Assembly: GCA_964291415.2 (NCBI GenBank)
Contig: OZ219920.1
Coordinates: 32,001 to 96,000 of the forward strand
Reading direction: 5' to 3'
Length of the DNA stretch: 64,000 nt
Origin: Alphaproteobacteria bacterium
Lineage (GTDB): Bacteria > Pseudomonadota > Alphaproteobacteria > SP197
Shown: positions 1 to 8,733 of the stretch, in pieces
How the letters are laid out: the number at the start of each line of letters is the position of its first letter
How positions within the stretch are numbered: position 1 is the stretch's first letter
The notes under the pieces: generated by a model
Told to the model about the DNA's origin: nothing
Seen by the model: the letters and a program-made list of their open reading frames with translations, nothing else
Database searches by the model: none
Program-made: the position numbers and the translations under genes

Positions 1-1
1 G

Positions 2-568
2 GGGCAGACGGAAGAGGGCACTCTTGCGATACCGCAGCATTCCGGCGCGCGAGCGGGTGGCCCACGCCGCGAATCGTTCCGCGCAGGCGATCTCGTCCGC
101 GTGGTCCGATTCGTCCTCGAGCCAGCCGAGAACGGCCCGCGAGAATTGAAGCTCGTCGAAGTCCCCGCCGATCAGCGCCTCGACATCGCGCGTGAGGGCC
201 TCGCCATCGATGGCATCGATGTCTTCTTCCAGCCGCACACGCGCGGCACGCCGGCGCACGAAGACAAGCTTGCACTGGTAGACCGGGTCGAGGTCGCGGC
301 TCGCCGCGCGCTGACGATCGAGATCACCGGTCACCCGGAAGAGATCGGCGATGAAGTCCTCCACAAAGGGTCCAAGGTCGACGAGGAGGTCGGAGTGCTC
401 CCTGTCGGAGAGGTCCCCGGGGGCCGCCCGGGCGCTCATCAACCGGTTGAAGAGAGGTACATCGTGGCGCTGCAACGCCACGCTGAAGGCGTGGTCGAGA
501 CGCACGAGCCCTTCACGACTGTAGAGGTCGCTGAAGGCAAGCCCATGAGAGAGGGTTAGTTCGTTCAT
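2..568 (-). CDS. 5' part of a large FAD-dependent (pyridine nucleotide-disulfide/GltD-like) oxidoreductase, running off the window edge
   Basis: Not in the ORF track. Manual translation from ATG at 568 gives MNELTLSHGLAFSDLYSREGLVRLDHAF...DLGPFVEDFIADLF...VYQCKLVFVRRRA, open to the window edge. It resembles the N-terminus of a conserved proteobacterial oxidoreductase family as I remember it. Confidence 0.7.
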   Translation of the reverse strand, partial: MNELTLSHGLAFSDLYSREGLVRLDHAFSVALQRHDVPLFNRLMSARAAPGDLSDREHSDLLVDLGPFVEDFIADLFRVTGDLDRQRAASRDLDPVYQCKLVFVRRRAARVRLEEDIDAIDGEALTRDVEALIGGDFDELQFSRAVLGWLEDESDHADEIACAERFAAWATRSRAGMLRYRKSALFRLP

Positions 569-725
569 CCGGGTCCGGCCGGCCGCAGTCGCATCACGAT
601 GTAGAGAAACACGCGGGGAATGAAAAGGGGGGTCGAATGGAGGCCTGTATCCGAGGCGCCGCCAAGTTGCGATATCGGGGCCCGGTTGCTATCGTTGTCG
701 CTCATGCTGCACGACGGAGCTGACC

Positions 726-3080
726 ATGGCGGTGGTGATGGCCGAAGCGCGTGAACGTCCGCGCCTGTTGATTCCCGGCATCAGGAGGCTGCCGCCAGGC
801 GTTGAACGCTACGTGGTGCCGGCCTCCGGCTCCGTGGTGGTCACGGTTCTTGCCGGTGACGCCCTGAAGATTGTCAACACCGAAGGCGGCCAGATGTGCG
901 AAATCGTCGCCTTTGACAACGCGGCACGACTGGTTCCAGGCATTCTCGGCCGTCCCGATTCCGGTCCTGCTGTCGGCCTCGCTGCCATGTTGAGCGAGGA
1001 CGGCGAGGCGGCCCGGTCACTGCTCGACACGCTCGCACGCAAGGGGTGGACGTCACGCTTTGATCACGCAGTGCGCCTTTTCGGTCCCGGCACACCTGCC
1101 GGGGCAGACGAGGAGATCACCGTGGAAGAGGACGGATTCGTCATCATCGCCGCGCCCGGCGATCCCATGGAGGTCTCGGCACAGTGGCCGACGACACCTC
1201 TCGAACTCTTCGTCCACCGCAAGGATGCCGCCCTGGCGGCGGAGCGGAGCCTGCCCGATCCCCTTGCCGAGCCGCGCGACGAATTCCGCATCGGGCCCGG
1301 CACCGCCCGGGCCTACGAGGTGAAGGAGGGCGAGTACATCCAGGTCCTCGATGTCGAGGGACGCCAGTGTTCCGATTTCCAGGCCCTGTCGCTTGCAGGG
1401 CTTGACCGGGGACTGGAACGCGACATCGATCCGACCGCCACCCGCGTTTTCAATGGCGCCGCCTATCCCGCTCCAGGCCTCTTCTCCAAGCTTTTCGATG
1501 GCGACCTCCAGGGCTCGATCGAGATCATCCAGGACACGGTCGGCCGTCACGACAGCTTCAACTACGCCTGCACGGCGAAGTACTACGACGACGTCGGCTA
1601 TCCCGGCCACGTGAACTGCACCGACAACATGAACGCCTCGCTCGAGCCTTACGACGTGCGCCCGCGCAAGGGCTGGCAGGCGATGAATTTCTTCTACAAC
1701 TCGCTGGTCGACGACAGCTATCAGATCTATCTCGACGAGCCATGGTCACGCCCCGGTGACTACGTGCTGTGCCGCGCCCTGCAGGACGTCGTGTGCGTGA
1801 ACACCTCGTGTCCGGATGCCATCTCCTCCGCCAACGGCTGGAATCCCACGGATATCCTCATCCGCATCTATCCCGGGGACAATCTTTTCAGGAAGGCGAT
1901 CGCCAACAGACCCATGCCCGATTCCGACCCCCAGATGACCCGCGAGACAGGGTTCCACGGACGCACGGCCGCACGGACTCGCAACTTTACCGAATACAAC
2001 GGCTTCTGGCTGCCCACCCACTACACCAACCACGGTGCAGTCGACGAGTACTGGGCGTGCCGGGAACGTGTCACCGCCATGGATCTTTCTCCCCTGCGCA
2101 AGTTCGAGGTCACCGGACCCGATGCCGGCGAACTCATGCAGAGGACCCTGACACGCAACGTCAGGCGCATGGCTGATCACCATGTCGTCTATTCGGCGAT
2201 GTGCTACGACCACGGCGGCATGATCGACGACGGGACGCTGTTCCGCCTGTCGGAGACCGGCTATCGCTGGATCGGCGGCACGGACTTCGGCGGTGAATGG
2301 CTGCGCGCCAAGGCGAAGGAGTGGGGGTTGCGGGCGCTGGTGCGCAGTTCCACCGATCAACTGCACAACCTTGCCATTCAGGGGCCGCGCAGCCGCGACC
2401 TTCTGGGCGACATCATCTGGACGGCACCGGCAAACCCGCGTGTCGACGAGATCAACTGGTTCAGGTTCACCGTCGGCCGCATCGGCGACCACAACGGCGT
2501 GCCTGTGGTCGTGTCGCGGACGGGATACACCGGTGAGCTGGGTTACGAGGTGTGGTGCCATCCCCGGCACGCCGAAGAGGTCTGGGATGCCGTGTTCGAG
2601 GCCGGCGAGCCGCATGGCATCCTGCCCCTGGGTCTCGATGGCCTCGATCTCCTGCGCATCGAGGCGGGCCTGGTGTTCGCCGGTCAGGAATTCGATGACC
2701 AGACGGATCCCTTCGAGGCCGGGATCGGCTTCACCGTGGGGCTGAAGACGACGGAGGAGGACTTCGTCGGCCGTCAGGCTCTCGAGCGCCGCAAGGCCCA
2801 CCCCCAGCGCAAGCTTGTCGGGCTGGAACTCGAGGGCAACGAGGCAGCGGCCCACGGTGACTGCGTACGTGTGGCACGGGCGCAGGTGGGTGTTGTCACG
2901 AGCGGCATGCGGTCACCTTTGCTCAATCGCAACATCGCGTTGGCGCGCATGGATGTGAACCATGCTTCGATCGGTGACGAGGTCGAGGTGGGCAAGATGG
3001 ACGGACACCAGAAGCGCATTCCGGCCACCGTGGTGCCCTTCCCCTTCTATGATCCCAAGAAGGAACGCCCGCGGTCCTGA
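726..3080 (+). CDS. tdm: DUF1989 + GcvT-type aminomethyltransferase fusion; trimethylamine N-oxide demethylase-like
   Basis: 784 aa. DUF1989 domain with Cys/His ligands (HDSFNYAC, GHVNCTDN, SCPD). C-terminal T-protein motifs DLSPLRKFEVTGPDA, SRTGYTGELGYE, LRIEAG, PFYDP. GGAG RBS upstream. Confidence 0.8.
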   Translation: MAVVMAEARERPRLLIPGIRRLPPGVERYVVPASGSVVVTVLAGDALKIVNTEGGQMCEIVAFDNAARLVPGILGRPDSGPAVGLAAMLSEDGEAARSLLDTLARKGWTSRFDHAVRLFGPGTPAGADEEITVEEDGFVIIAAPGDPMEVSAQWPTTPLELFVHRKDAALAAERSLPDPLAEPRDEFRIGPGTARAYEVKEGEYIQVLDVEGRQCSDFQALSLAGLDRGLERDIDPTATRVFNGAAYPAPGLFSKLFDGDLQGSIEIIQDTVGRHDSFNYACTAKYYDDVGYPGHVNCTDNMNASLEPYDVRPRKGWQAMNFFYNSLVDDSYQIYLDEPWSRPGDYVLCRALQDVVCVNTSCPDAISSANGWNPTDILIRIYPGDNLFRKAIANRPMPDSDPQMTRETGFHGRTAARTRNFTEYNGFWLPTHYTNHGAVDEYWACRERVTAMDLSPLRKFEVTGPDAGELMQRTLTRNVRRMADHHVVYSAMCYDHGGMIDDGTLFRLSETGYRWIGGTDFGGEWLRAKAKEWGLRALVRSSTDQLHNLAIQGPRSRDLLGDIIWTAPANPRVDEINWFRFTVGRIGDHNGVPVVVSRTGYTGELGYEVWCHPRHAEEVWDAVFEAGEPHGILPLGLDGLDLLRIEAGLVFAGQEFDDQTDPFEAGIGFTVGLKTTEEDFVGRQALERRKAHPQRKLVGLELEGNEAAAHGDCVRVARAQVGVVTSGMRSPLLNRNIALARMDVNHASIGDEVEVGKMDGHQKRIPATVVPFPFYDPKKERPRS

Positions 3081-3848
3081 TTACGGCATCACGGCACCGT
3101 CGACGAGTTCCTGGAGCCGCTCGAGGATCACCTCTTCGCTGACGTCCTTGCGGCCGAGATCCTGCCAGTCAGCGGCGTAGTCCGCTGCCTGCGGCGCCAT
3201 GGTCGTGGCGGCATGGATGTCCCATAGCCACAGGCGATGCGGGTCAATGCCCATGGCGTTGCGGTAGGACGCCGTAAAGGCGCGACAGGCCGCTGCGCCG
3301 TGTGTCCACACGAGGTTCGAACGGGCAATCGCGAGATCGGCAAGGGAATCGCCGATCATGGCGTCCTCCCAGTCGATCACTGCTGCCAGACCGCCGTCCT
3401 TCCACAAGACGTTGCCGGTCCAGAAATCACCGTGGAGCAGCCGTAGGGCGCCCGGCGCGCCAGGTGGCCAGTCGAGGTCAGCCGGCAGATCGAGAATGGT
3501 GGATGCCGGAACATCGGGCATGATCTGGCGCGGCACGAAGGGGAGTGCATCGCCGGGTGCGATTGCGTGCAGATCCGCAAGGAAACCGGCCATCGCCAGG
3601 GTGTGCTTCTCCGATGGATGCCAGAGCGGCTCACCGTCACGGTACTCCAGAAGCAGCCATGGTGTCGCGCAGGCAGAATCGTGAGCCAGCGCCCGCGGCA
3701 CCGGCAATCCGCGGTCCGCCAGGTGCGTCAGGAGGTGAAACTCCGCGTGGGCGGCATCGGGATTGGCGCGCAGGTTTGCCTGCCCGCACCGGCGCAGCAC
3801 GACGCGGGCCGGACGGCCGTCCGAGTCGACGATCTCAAGCAGTGACAT
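3081..3848 (-). CDS. Aminoglycoside phosphotransferase (APH)-family kinase
   Basis: Brenner motif LLHGDFWTGNVL and VIDWE. Confidence 0.85.
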   Translation of the reverse strand: MSLLEIVDSDGRPARVVLRRCGQANLRANPDAAHAEFHLLTHLADRGLPVPRALAHDSACATPWLLLEYRDGEPLWHPSEKHTLAMAGFLADLHAIAPGDALPFVPRQIMPDVPASTILDLPADLDWPPGAPGALRLLHGDFWTGNVLWKDGGLAAVIDWEDAMIGDSLADLAIARSNLVWTHGAAACRAFTASYRNAMGIDPHRLWLWDIHAATTMAPQAADYAADWQDLGRKDVSEEVILERLQELVDGAVMP

Positions 3849-3966
3849 GGTGGCGGAACTGCCGCCCTCGAGAGGGCGGCAGTGTCGCAGTCTTGCCCCG
3901 GCATCGTACCGGCGGAGAATCTCGTCGACGGAAGGAACACTTGCGTCGACGGGGAAAGTGAAGGGA

Positions 3967-5370
3967 CTACTCGGCAGCGGCGCCGGCTTCCTCGAGCAGG
4001 CGATCCGCCAGCGCCTTCTTCTCGTCGGCGGACATCTTCTTCACCTCGTTGTCGATGGACCGGTGGTTGATCGACGTATTCCAGTAGTCGAGGGAATCGA
4101 AGCCGAGGAGCGCGTGCTTGCCGACAAACTGACGGAGAACCTCGTTGGTCGGTCCCATGACCCAGCCCGCCTTGGCGTCGCGCAGGAGTCGTTCCATGCC
4201 GAGACCAGCCTTGTAGGCGGTGCCGCCGCATGCGTGGAGCATCTTGTCCGAGACCTCGTGCACGTTCTTGGCCGCCTGGAACTTGACTTGCCAGAGCTGG
4301 TTCAGGAGATCGGCGCGGGGCACGGCTTCCAGGTTCCGGTGAATCGACCAGTCGCAGTTCCCGGTGAGTTCGTCGAGGGCCTTGGCAAGACCGAACGTCA
4401 TCATCCGGCTGGCGTTGGTGCCGATGATCGCCTCCCCGACGTAGTCCTGGATGGTGGGGTAGTCGCACACCCGCAAGCCGACGTCGACATGGCGCTTGCG
4501 GGTCGTGTGCCTCTTGGCGATATCGATCATGCCCATGGCAATGCCGTTCCAGGAGCACGACGAGTTCAGCAGGAAGAACGGGTCCACCGTCTCGTCGTTG
4601 GAGACCGCGCCGTCCCCCTTGGGGCCCACCAGGCGGTTCTTCGGGATGGTGACGCCGTCCACCAGGAGCGCTCCCGACTGGTTGCCGCGCATGCCCATGC
4701 CGTCCCAGCCGGCGACATCGGCCTCGACCTCGTCGGCCAGGATCAGCCACACGGAAAGATCCGAATAGTCACCACCGAAATCCGGAGACGTGGTCTGCAC
4801 GATGTACCAGTCGGCAAAGCCGCCCGATGTCGTCCAGGAGGCCTTCTTGGTGACCTTCCAGCCGTCCTCGGTCGCCTCGGCACCCGACGAGACCGGATAC
4901 CAGAAATGGGAGCCCGTCTCGGGATCGGAGTAGGACAGGGTTCCGACCAGCACGTCGCGGTCGAGACGCGACATGATGTCCCTGAGGGCGTCGTTGTCGT
5001 GGTAGCGGAAGAGGGCAGCCGAACACGCGCCATAGTGCATGGTGAGGCACATTGCTGTCGACGGACAGCCGTAGCGGGCCACGGTCTCCACGACCATGCA
5101 CATGGCGACATGGTTCTCGCCCATGCCGCCGAGTTCCTCGGGAACGAAAAGGCCGAGGAGACCCTTGGAGGCGAGGGCTTCGAAATTCTTGCGCGGGAAG
5201 ATGAAGCCGCGATCCGATTCGACGGCGTTCACCCTGAGCGTGGTCCGGCACAGTTCGATGAGATCCTTCTGGATCTCCCGCTGCCGTTCGGTCAGGAAGA
5301 ACTGCGGGTCGTACTCGTAGCCGATACCCCAGAACTCCTCGTCACCCCACTTCTTGACGTCATCGCTCAT
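3967..5370 (-). CDS. Acyl-CoA dehydrogenase-fold flavoprotein (atypical)
   Basis: GLLGLFVPEELGGMG, WDGMGMRGNQS, ERLLRDAK. Start placed at MSDDVKK after a GGAG RBS; the ORF opens at 5388. Confidence 0.85.
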   Translation of the reverse strand: MSDDVKKWGDEEFWGIGYEYDPQFFLTERQREIQKDLIELCRTTLRVNAVESDRGFIFPRKNFEALASKGLLGLFVPEELGGMGENHVAMCMVVETVARYGCPSTAMCLTMHYGACSAALFRYHDNDALRDIMSRLDRDVLVGTLSYSDPETGSHFWYPVSSGAEATEDGWKVTKKASWTTSGGFADWYIVQTTSPDFGGDYSDLSVWLILADEVEADVAGWDGMGMRGNQSGALLVDGVTIPKNRLVGPKGDGAVSNDETVDPFFLLNSSCSWNGIAMGMIDIAKRHTTRKRHVDVGLRVCDYPTIQDYVGEAIIGTNASRMMTFGLAKALDELTGNCDWSIHRNLEAVPRADLLNQLWQVKFQAAKNVHEVSDKMLHACGGTAYKAGLGMERLLRDAKAGWVMGPTNEVLRQFVGKHALLGFDSLDYWNTSINHRSIDNEVKKMSADEKKALADRLLEEAGAAAE

Positions 5371-5539
5371 CACCTGCTCCCTGGACACGTGTGTATTGGC
5401 TCATTGGCTCCGTTTGCCGGGCAGAGGAATCTCTAGCATCCGGCACGACGTTCAACAACATGCTCTCGCCCTGCCTGCGCGGGGCTCGTTGAGACAGCAC
5501 GCAACGGTGTGTGCCCGCAACTCCACCCGTCAGGCTGCT

Positions 5540-6196
5540 CTAGTGCGGAATACGGGCCATGGCCATCGCCATGGTGCGTTCGATTTCCTCGATGGTGCCG
5601 GCCACCTCGCGGCCGATGAGATCGAGTTTGCGGACCTGGTCGATACGCGGTCGAAGGGAATCCATGCCGTGGTCCGAGAAAATGCTGCGCAGGATGGCGC
5701 AGGAGTCTGCGAGCGAGATGATCGCCACATCCCGGGGGTCGGGCACTTCGTCGGACAGCAGGACACCGGCGATGCGGTGCTTCACTTCACGCTGCAAAGT
5801 GCCGTCGATGGCCGGGTATCGGCGGGCCCGGAAGACCCACAGGAACTTCTTGTCCTGGACCTCGAGAATTCCCTGGTCGACAAGCCGGGCAAGTGCGGAT
5901 TCGCGCAGGTTCTCGGCTTCTTCACGGGCCAGGGTCTCGACCCAGTCGCGCGTGGTCCTGTCCTCGGCGGAACCGGCAATGCGGTCCAGGATGCGATCGA
6001 GCATCTCAATCCCCGGCGGCGTCCTGTCGATGAGCATGAGGCGCTCGGGGTCCGTGTCGATGCGGTAGATGAACGCGAGGTCGAGCAGGGCGGCACCGGC
6101 CAGCACATAGTCCATCGTGTTGTCACGGATGGGCAGGAACGAACCGTTCTCGTCATCCAGGGTGAGAAGGAGGATTTCCTCGATGAAGGTCAGCAT
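5540..6196 (-). CDS. GPP34/GOLPH3 (Vps74)-family protein
   Basis: N-terminal LTFIEEILLLTLDDENG, LAGAALLDLA, LVDQGIL..KKFLWVF..RRYP, PDPRD. Confidence 0.85.
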   Translation of the reverse strand: MLTFIEEILLLTLDDENGSFLPIRDNTMDYVLAGAALLDLAFIYRIDTDPERLMLIDRTPPGIEMLDRILDRIAGSAEDRTTRDWVETLAREEAENLRESALARLVDQGILEVQDKKFLWVFRARRYPAIDGTLQREVKHRIAGVLLSDEVPDPRDVAIISLADSCAILRSIFSDHGMDSLRPRIDQVRKLDLIGREVAGTIEEIERTMAMAMARIPH

Positions 6197-6207
6197 CTCT
6201 CAATAGC

Positions 6208-6543
6208 TCAGGCGTTGGCCGCGAGCGCCTCGTCGCGGGAGTCGTAGCAATCGATGATCGTGTGGAATCCACCCATTTCGATGACCGACCTGCAGGATGG
6301 CTGCAGGGCAGCGATGGACAGCAGGCCACCAGCCTGCTTGCATCGTTTGGCTGCCAGGAGAAAGACACGAAGCCCGGCGCTGGAGATGTAGTTCATCTCG
6401 TTGCAGTCGAGCAGGATACGAACGGATCCATCGCGAATCCTGGAGGACAACTCGCCTTCCAGTTCAGGGGCGGAAGCACCATCCACTCGCCCGTTGATCG
6501 AAACGATGGTGACGCCGTTCTGGCTGTCGGAGGAAATGATCAT
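6208..6543 (-). CDS. STAS-domain anti-sigma-factor antagonist
   Basis: 111 aa; GRVD...LLDCNEMNYISSAGLRVFL with the phosphorylatable Ser motif. Confidence 0.9.
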   Translation of the reverse strand: MIISSDSQNGVTIVSINGRVDGASAPELEGELSSRIRDGSVRILLDCNEMNYISSAGLRVFLLAAKRCKQAGGLLSIAALQPSCRSVIEMGGFHTIIDCYDSRDEALAANA

Positions 6544-6692
6544 GTGTCGTTATCCCGGATCTCGTCGATGGCGAGAGAAACCTACCCTAGTCAATCTGTG
6601 TCTTGCAACCTGTCACCCGTGCCTCAGATCTCTGGATTCTTCGTTGCCGGAAGCGCATGATGACGCCGACGCGATGCGGACGGGAGTTGTGC

Positions 6693-7070
6693 ATGTCGAG
6701 GATCGGCACGTGGCTTTTCACAACGCTGAAGGGCGAGGCCGTGGGTGAGGACGAGTTCGGCAACCGCTACTATCAGGAACGGGGCGTGGCTGAAGGCCGG
6801 TGGCGGCGGCGCTGGGTGTACTATCGGGGTGCATCCGAGGCCTCCAGGGTGCCGCCCGGCTGGAATGCCTGGCTGCATCGCACCATCGACGAACCACCGA
6901 GCCGTGCCCCCCTCGAGACCAGGGAGTGGGAGAGGGAGCACCAGCCCAATCTCACCGGTACCGGGCAGGCCTGGTTGCCGAAGGGTCACCTTCTGCGCGG
7001 CGGCAGGCGGGCGTCGGCACGCGGTGACTACGAGGCATGGCGCCCGGAAGAAGAGTCCGGAACCTCCTGA
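6693..7070 (+). CDS. NADH:ubiquinone oxidoreductase subunit NDUFA12 family
   Basis: VGEDEFGNRYY, RRWVYY, EASRVPPGWNAWLH, HQPNLTGT, DYEAWRP; RBS GGGAG before ATG 6693. Confidence 0.92.
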   Translation: MSRIGTWLFTTLKGEAVGEDEFGNRYYQERGVAEGRWRRRWVYYRGASEASRVPPGWNAWLHRTIDEPPSRAPLETREWEREHQPNLTGTGQAWLPKGHLLRGGRRASARGDYEAWRPEEESGTS

Positions 7071-7071
7071 C

Positions 7072-7515
7072 ATGGGCGGACGCGCACTCGAGACCCTCGT
7101 CGGCGCCGCCGTCATCCTCGTTGCCGTGGCCTTTGTGGCCTTTGTCTATGACAGGGTGGACGTTGCCGACGGGGCCGGCACCGTTTTTCACGCGGAGTTT
7201 GAAGACATCGGCAGTCTGCAGACCGGCGACGATGTGCGGATCGCCGGCATCAGGGTCGGACAGGTGACGGGACTGGATCTCGATCCGGACTGGTACCTGG
7301 CGAAGGTCGCCATGACCATCGATCCCGGCGTCAGTCTGCCGCGCGACACCATTGTGACGATCGCCTCGGCGAGCCTGCTCGGTGGCCATTATGTGTCCCT
7401 CCACCCGGGCACGGGCGAGGTTGCCGGCGACGGTTATCTCTTCACCGACACCCAGGGGGCGATCAATCTGATTGACGCCGTGTCGCGGTCCATGTTCGGC
7501 GGCCTTGAAGAGTAG
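7072..7515 (+). CDS. mlaD: MCE/MlaD family outer-membrane lipid asymmetry protein
   Basis: N-terminal TM (ETLVGAAVILVA), GSLQTGDDVRIAGIRVGQV, SLLGGHYVSLHPG. Confidence 0.88.
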   Translation: MGGRALETLVGAAVILVAVAFVAFVYDRVDVADGAGTVFHAEFEDIGSLQTGDDVRIAGIRVGQVTGLDLDPDWYLAKVAMTIDPGVSLPRDTIVTIASASLLGGHYVSLHPGTGEVAGDGYLFTDTQGAINLIDAVSRSMFGGLEE

Positions 7516-7526
7516 AGCAGGGGTTC

Positions 7527-7748
7527 ATGGATCAGCGACCGGTCTGGCTGCCCGAGACATGGCTTTCACCCGACGGCGAGCCCGTTGGTTGCCACGACAA
7601 ACTCGCCGTGTTGAGGGACAATCTTGACGAACTTCGCGACATGGCACAGGACGCGCTCGAAGATGCGGTGGTGATGGGATGCGACGAGCAGCAAATGCGG
7701 AAGGTTCTCGCGGATCTGGTGGCAACGCTCGACAAGCCCTTCGCCTGA
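7527..7748 (+). CDS. Small conserved alphaproteobacterial hypothetical protein
   Basis: 73 aa in operon; W..PDGEPVGC..KL.VL.DNL.EL...AQDALEDAVVMGCDE pattern. Confidence 0.8.
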   Translation: MDQRPVWLPETWLSPDGEPVGCHDKLAVLRDNLDELRDMAQDALEDAVVMGCDEQQMRKVLADLVATLDKPFA

Positions 7749-8116
7749 TCGCCTGCATCGTTCTGGTCATGATCGTCGGCCGCGGCGCCGGGGCCGAGCA
7801 GGTGTTCGATGATCACGACACGGTTCTGCTGGGCGGCATGGAGAAGGTGACCGGCCATGCCTTTGCCTTTGCCATCGGTGTTGGCGAGACGGGTTCATTC
7901 GGGACATTGCAGGTGACTGTCAGGGCCTGCCGCAAGACGCCGCCGTGGCAGACGCCGGAGAGTGCCTCCTTTCTCGAGATCCGGGAAAGCCGTTCGGGAA
8001 ATCCTGAGGAGGTCTTCAGCGGCTGGATGTTTGCCGGAACGCCGGGCGTGTCGGCGCTTGAACACCCGGTCTACGACATATGGGTCCTGGACTGTATCGA
8101 CCGGGGAAGGCAGTAG
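7679..8116 (+). CDS. DUF2155 domain protein (true start probably ~7745-7769)
   Basis: EKVTG, FGTLQVTVRAC, FSGWMFA..P..SALEHPVYDIWVLDC. Confidence 0.88.
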   Translation: MRRAANAEGSRGSGGNARQALRLIACIVLVMIVGRGAGAEQVFDDHDTVLLGGMEKVTGHAFAFAIGVGETGSFGTLQVTVRACRKTPPWQTPESASFLEIRESRSGNPEEVFSGWMFAGTPGVSALEHPVYDIWVLDCIDRGRQ

Positions 8117-8733
8117 AAGTCGGCACCTTCGATCGAAAGCGCCCGGTCGAGACGGTCCAGATAGTCCGATCCGGTGATCTCGATGGCTCCGAACATGCGC
8201 AGATGATCGGTGACGAACTGTATGTCGAGAAGAACGAAGCCACCCGCGACGAGGCGCCTGACCAGATGGACCAGCGCCACCTTGCTGGCATTGGCGATGT
8301 CGGAAAACATGCTTTCACCGAAGAACGCCCCACGCAGTTGAACGCCGTAGAGACCCCCGGCGAGCACACCGTCCATCCAGCACTCGACGCTGTGGGCGTG
8401 CCCCTCATGGTGCAGTCTGGTGTAGGCCTTCTCGATACCGACGCTGATCCAGGTGTTCTCGCGCCCGGGCGTCGGCCTGGCGCAGGCGGCGATCACCCTG
8501 GCGAAGGCCCGGTTGACGGTGATCTCGAACCCACCCCGTCTCAACACCTTTTCCAGGCTGCGCGGGACGTGGAAGCGGTTCAGGGGGATGATGCCGCGAC
8601 GGTATGGAAAGACCCATTCCGGATTCCTGTCGAGCCGGTGGCTCGCCATGGGGAAGAGGCCCCGCGCATAGGCTGACAGAAGCATCGGTGTGGTCAGTCC
8701 GGCCGCTTCGTCCGGTTCAGGTTGCGGAAGCAA
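8071..8733 (-). CDS. aat: Leucyl/phenylalanyl-tRNA--protein transferase
   Basis: LLSAYARGLFPM, TWI, GHAHSVECW, GGLYGV, FFGESMFS, NASKVAL. Confidence 0.95.
   Translation of the reverse strand: MLPQPEPDEAAGLTTPMLLSAYARGLFPMASHRLDRNPEWVFPYRRGIIPLNRFHVPRSLEKVLRRGGFEITVNRAFARVIAACARPTPGRENTWISVGIEKAYTRLHHEGHAHSVECWMDGVLAGGLYGVQLRGAFFGESMFSDIANASKVALVHLVRRLVAGGFVLLDIQFVTDHLRMFGAIEITGSDYLDRLDRALSIEGADFYCLPRSIQSRTHMS

Noticed and set aside
101-559. 152-aa plus-strand ORF
   Set aside because: Antisense shadow of the minus-strand oxidoreductase; no motifs.
8071-8116. 46-nt convergent overlap of aat and DUF2155
   Set aside because: Short tail-to-tail overlaps are common in compact conserved blocks.
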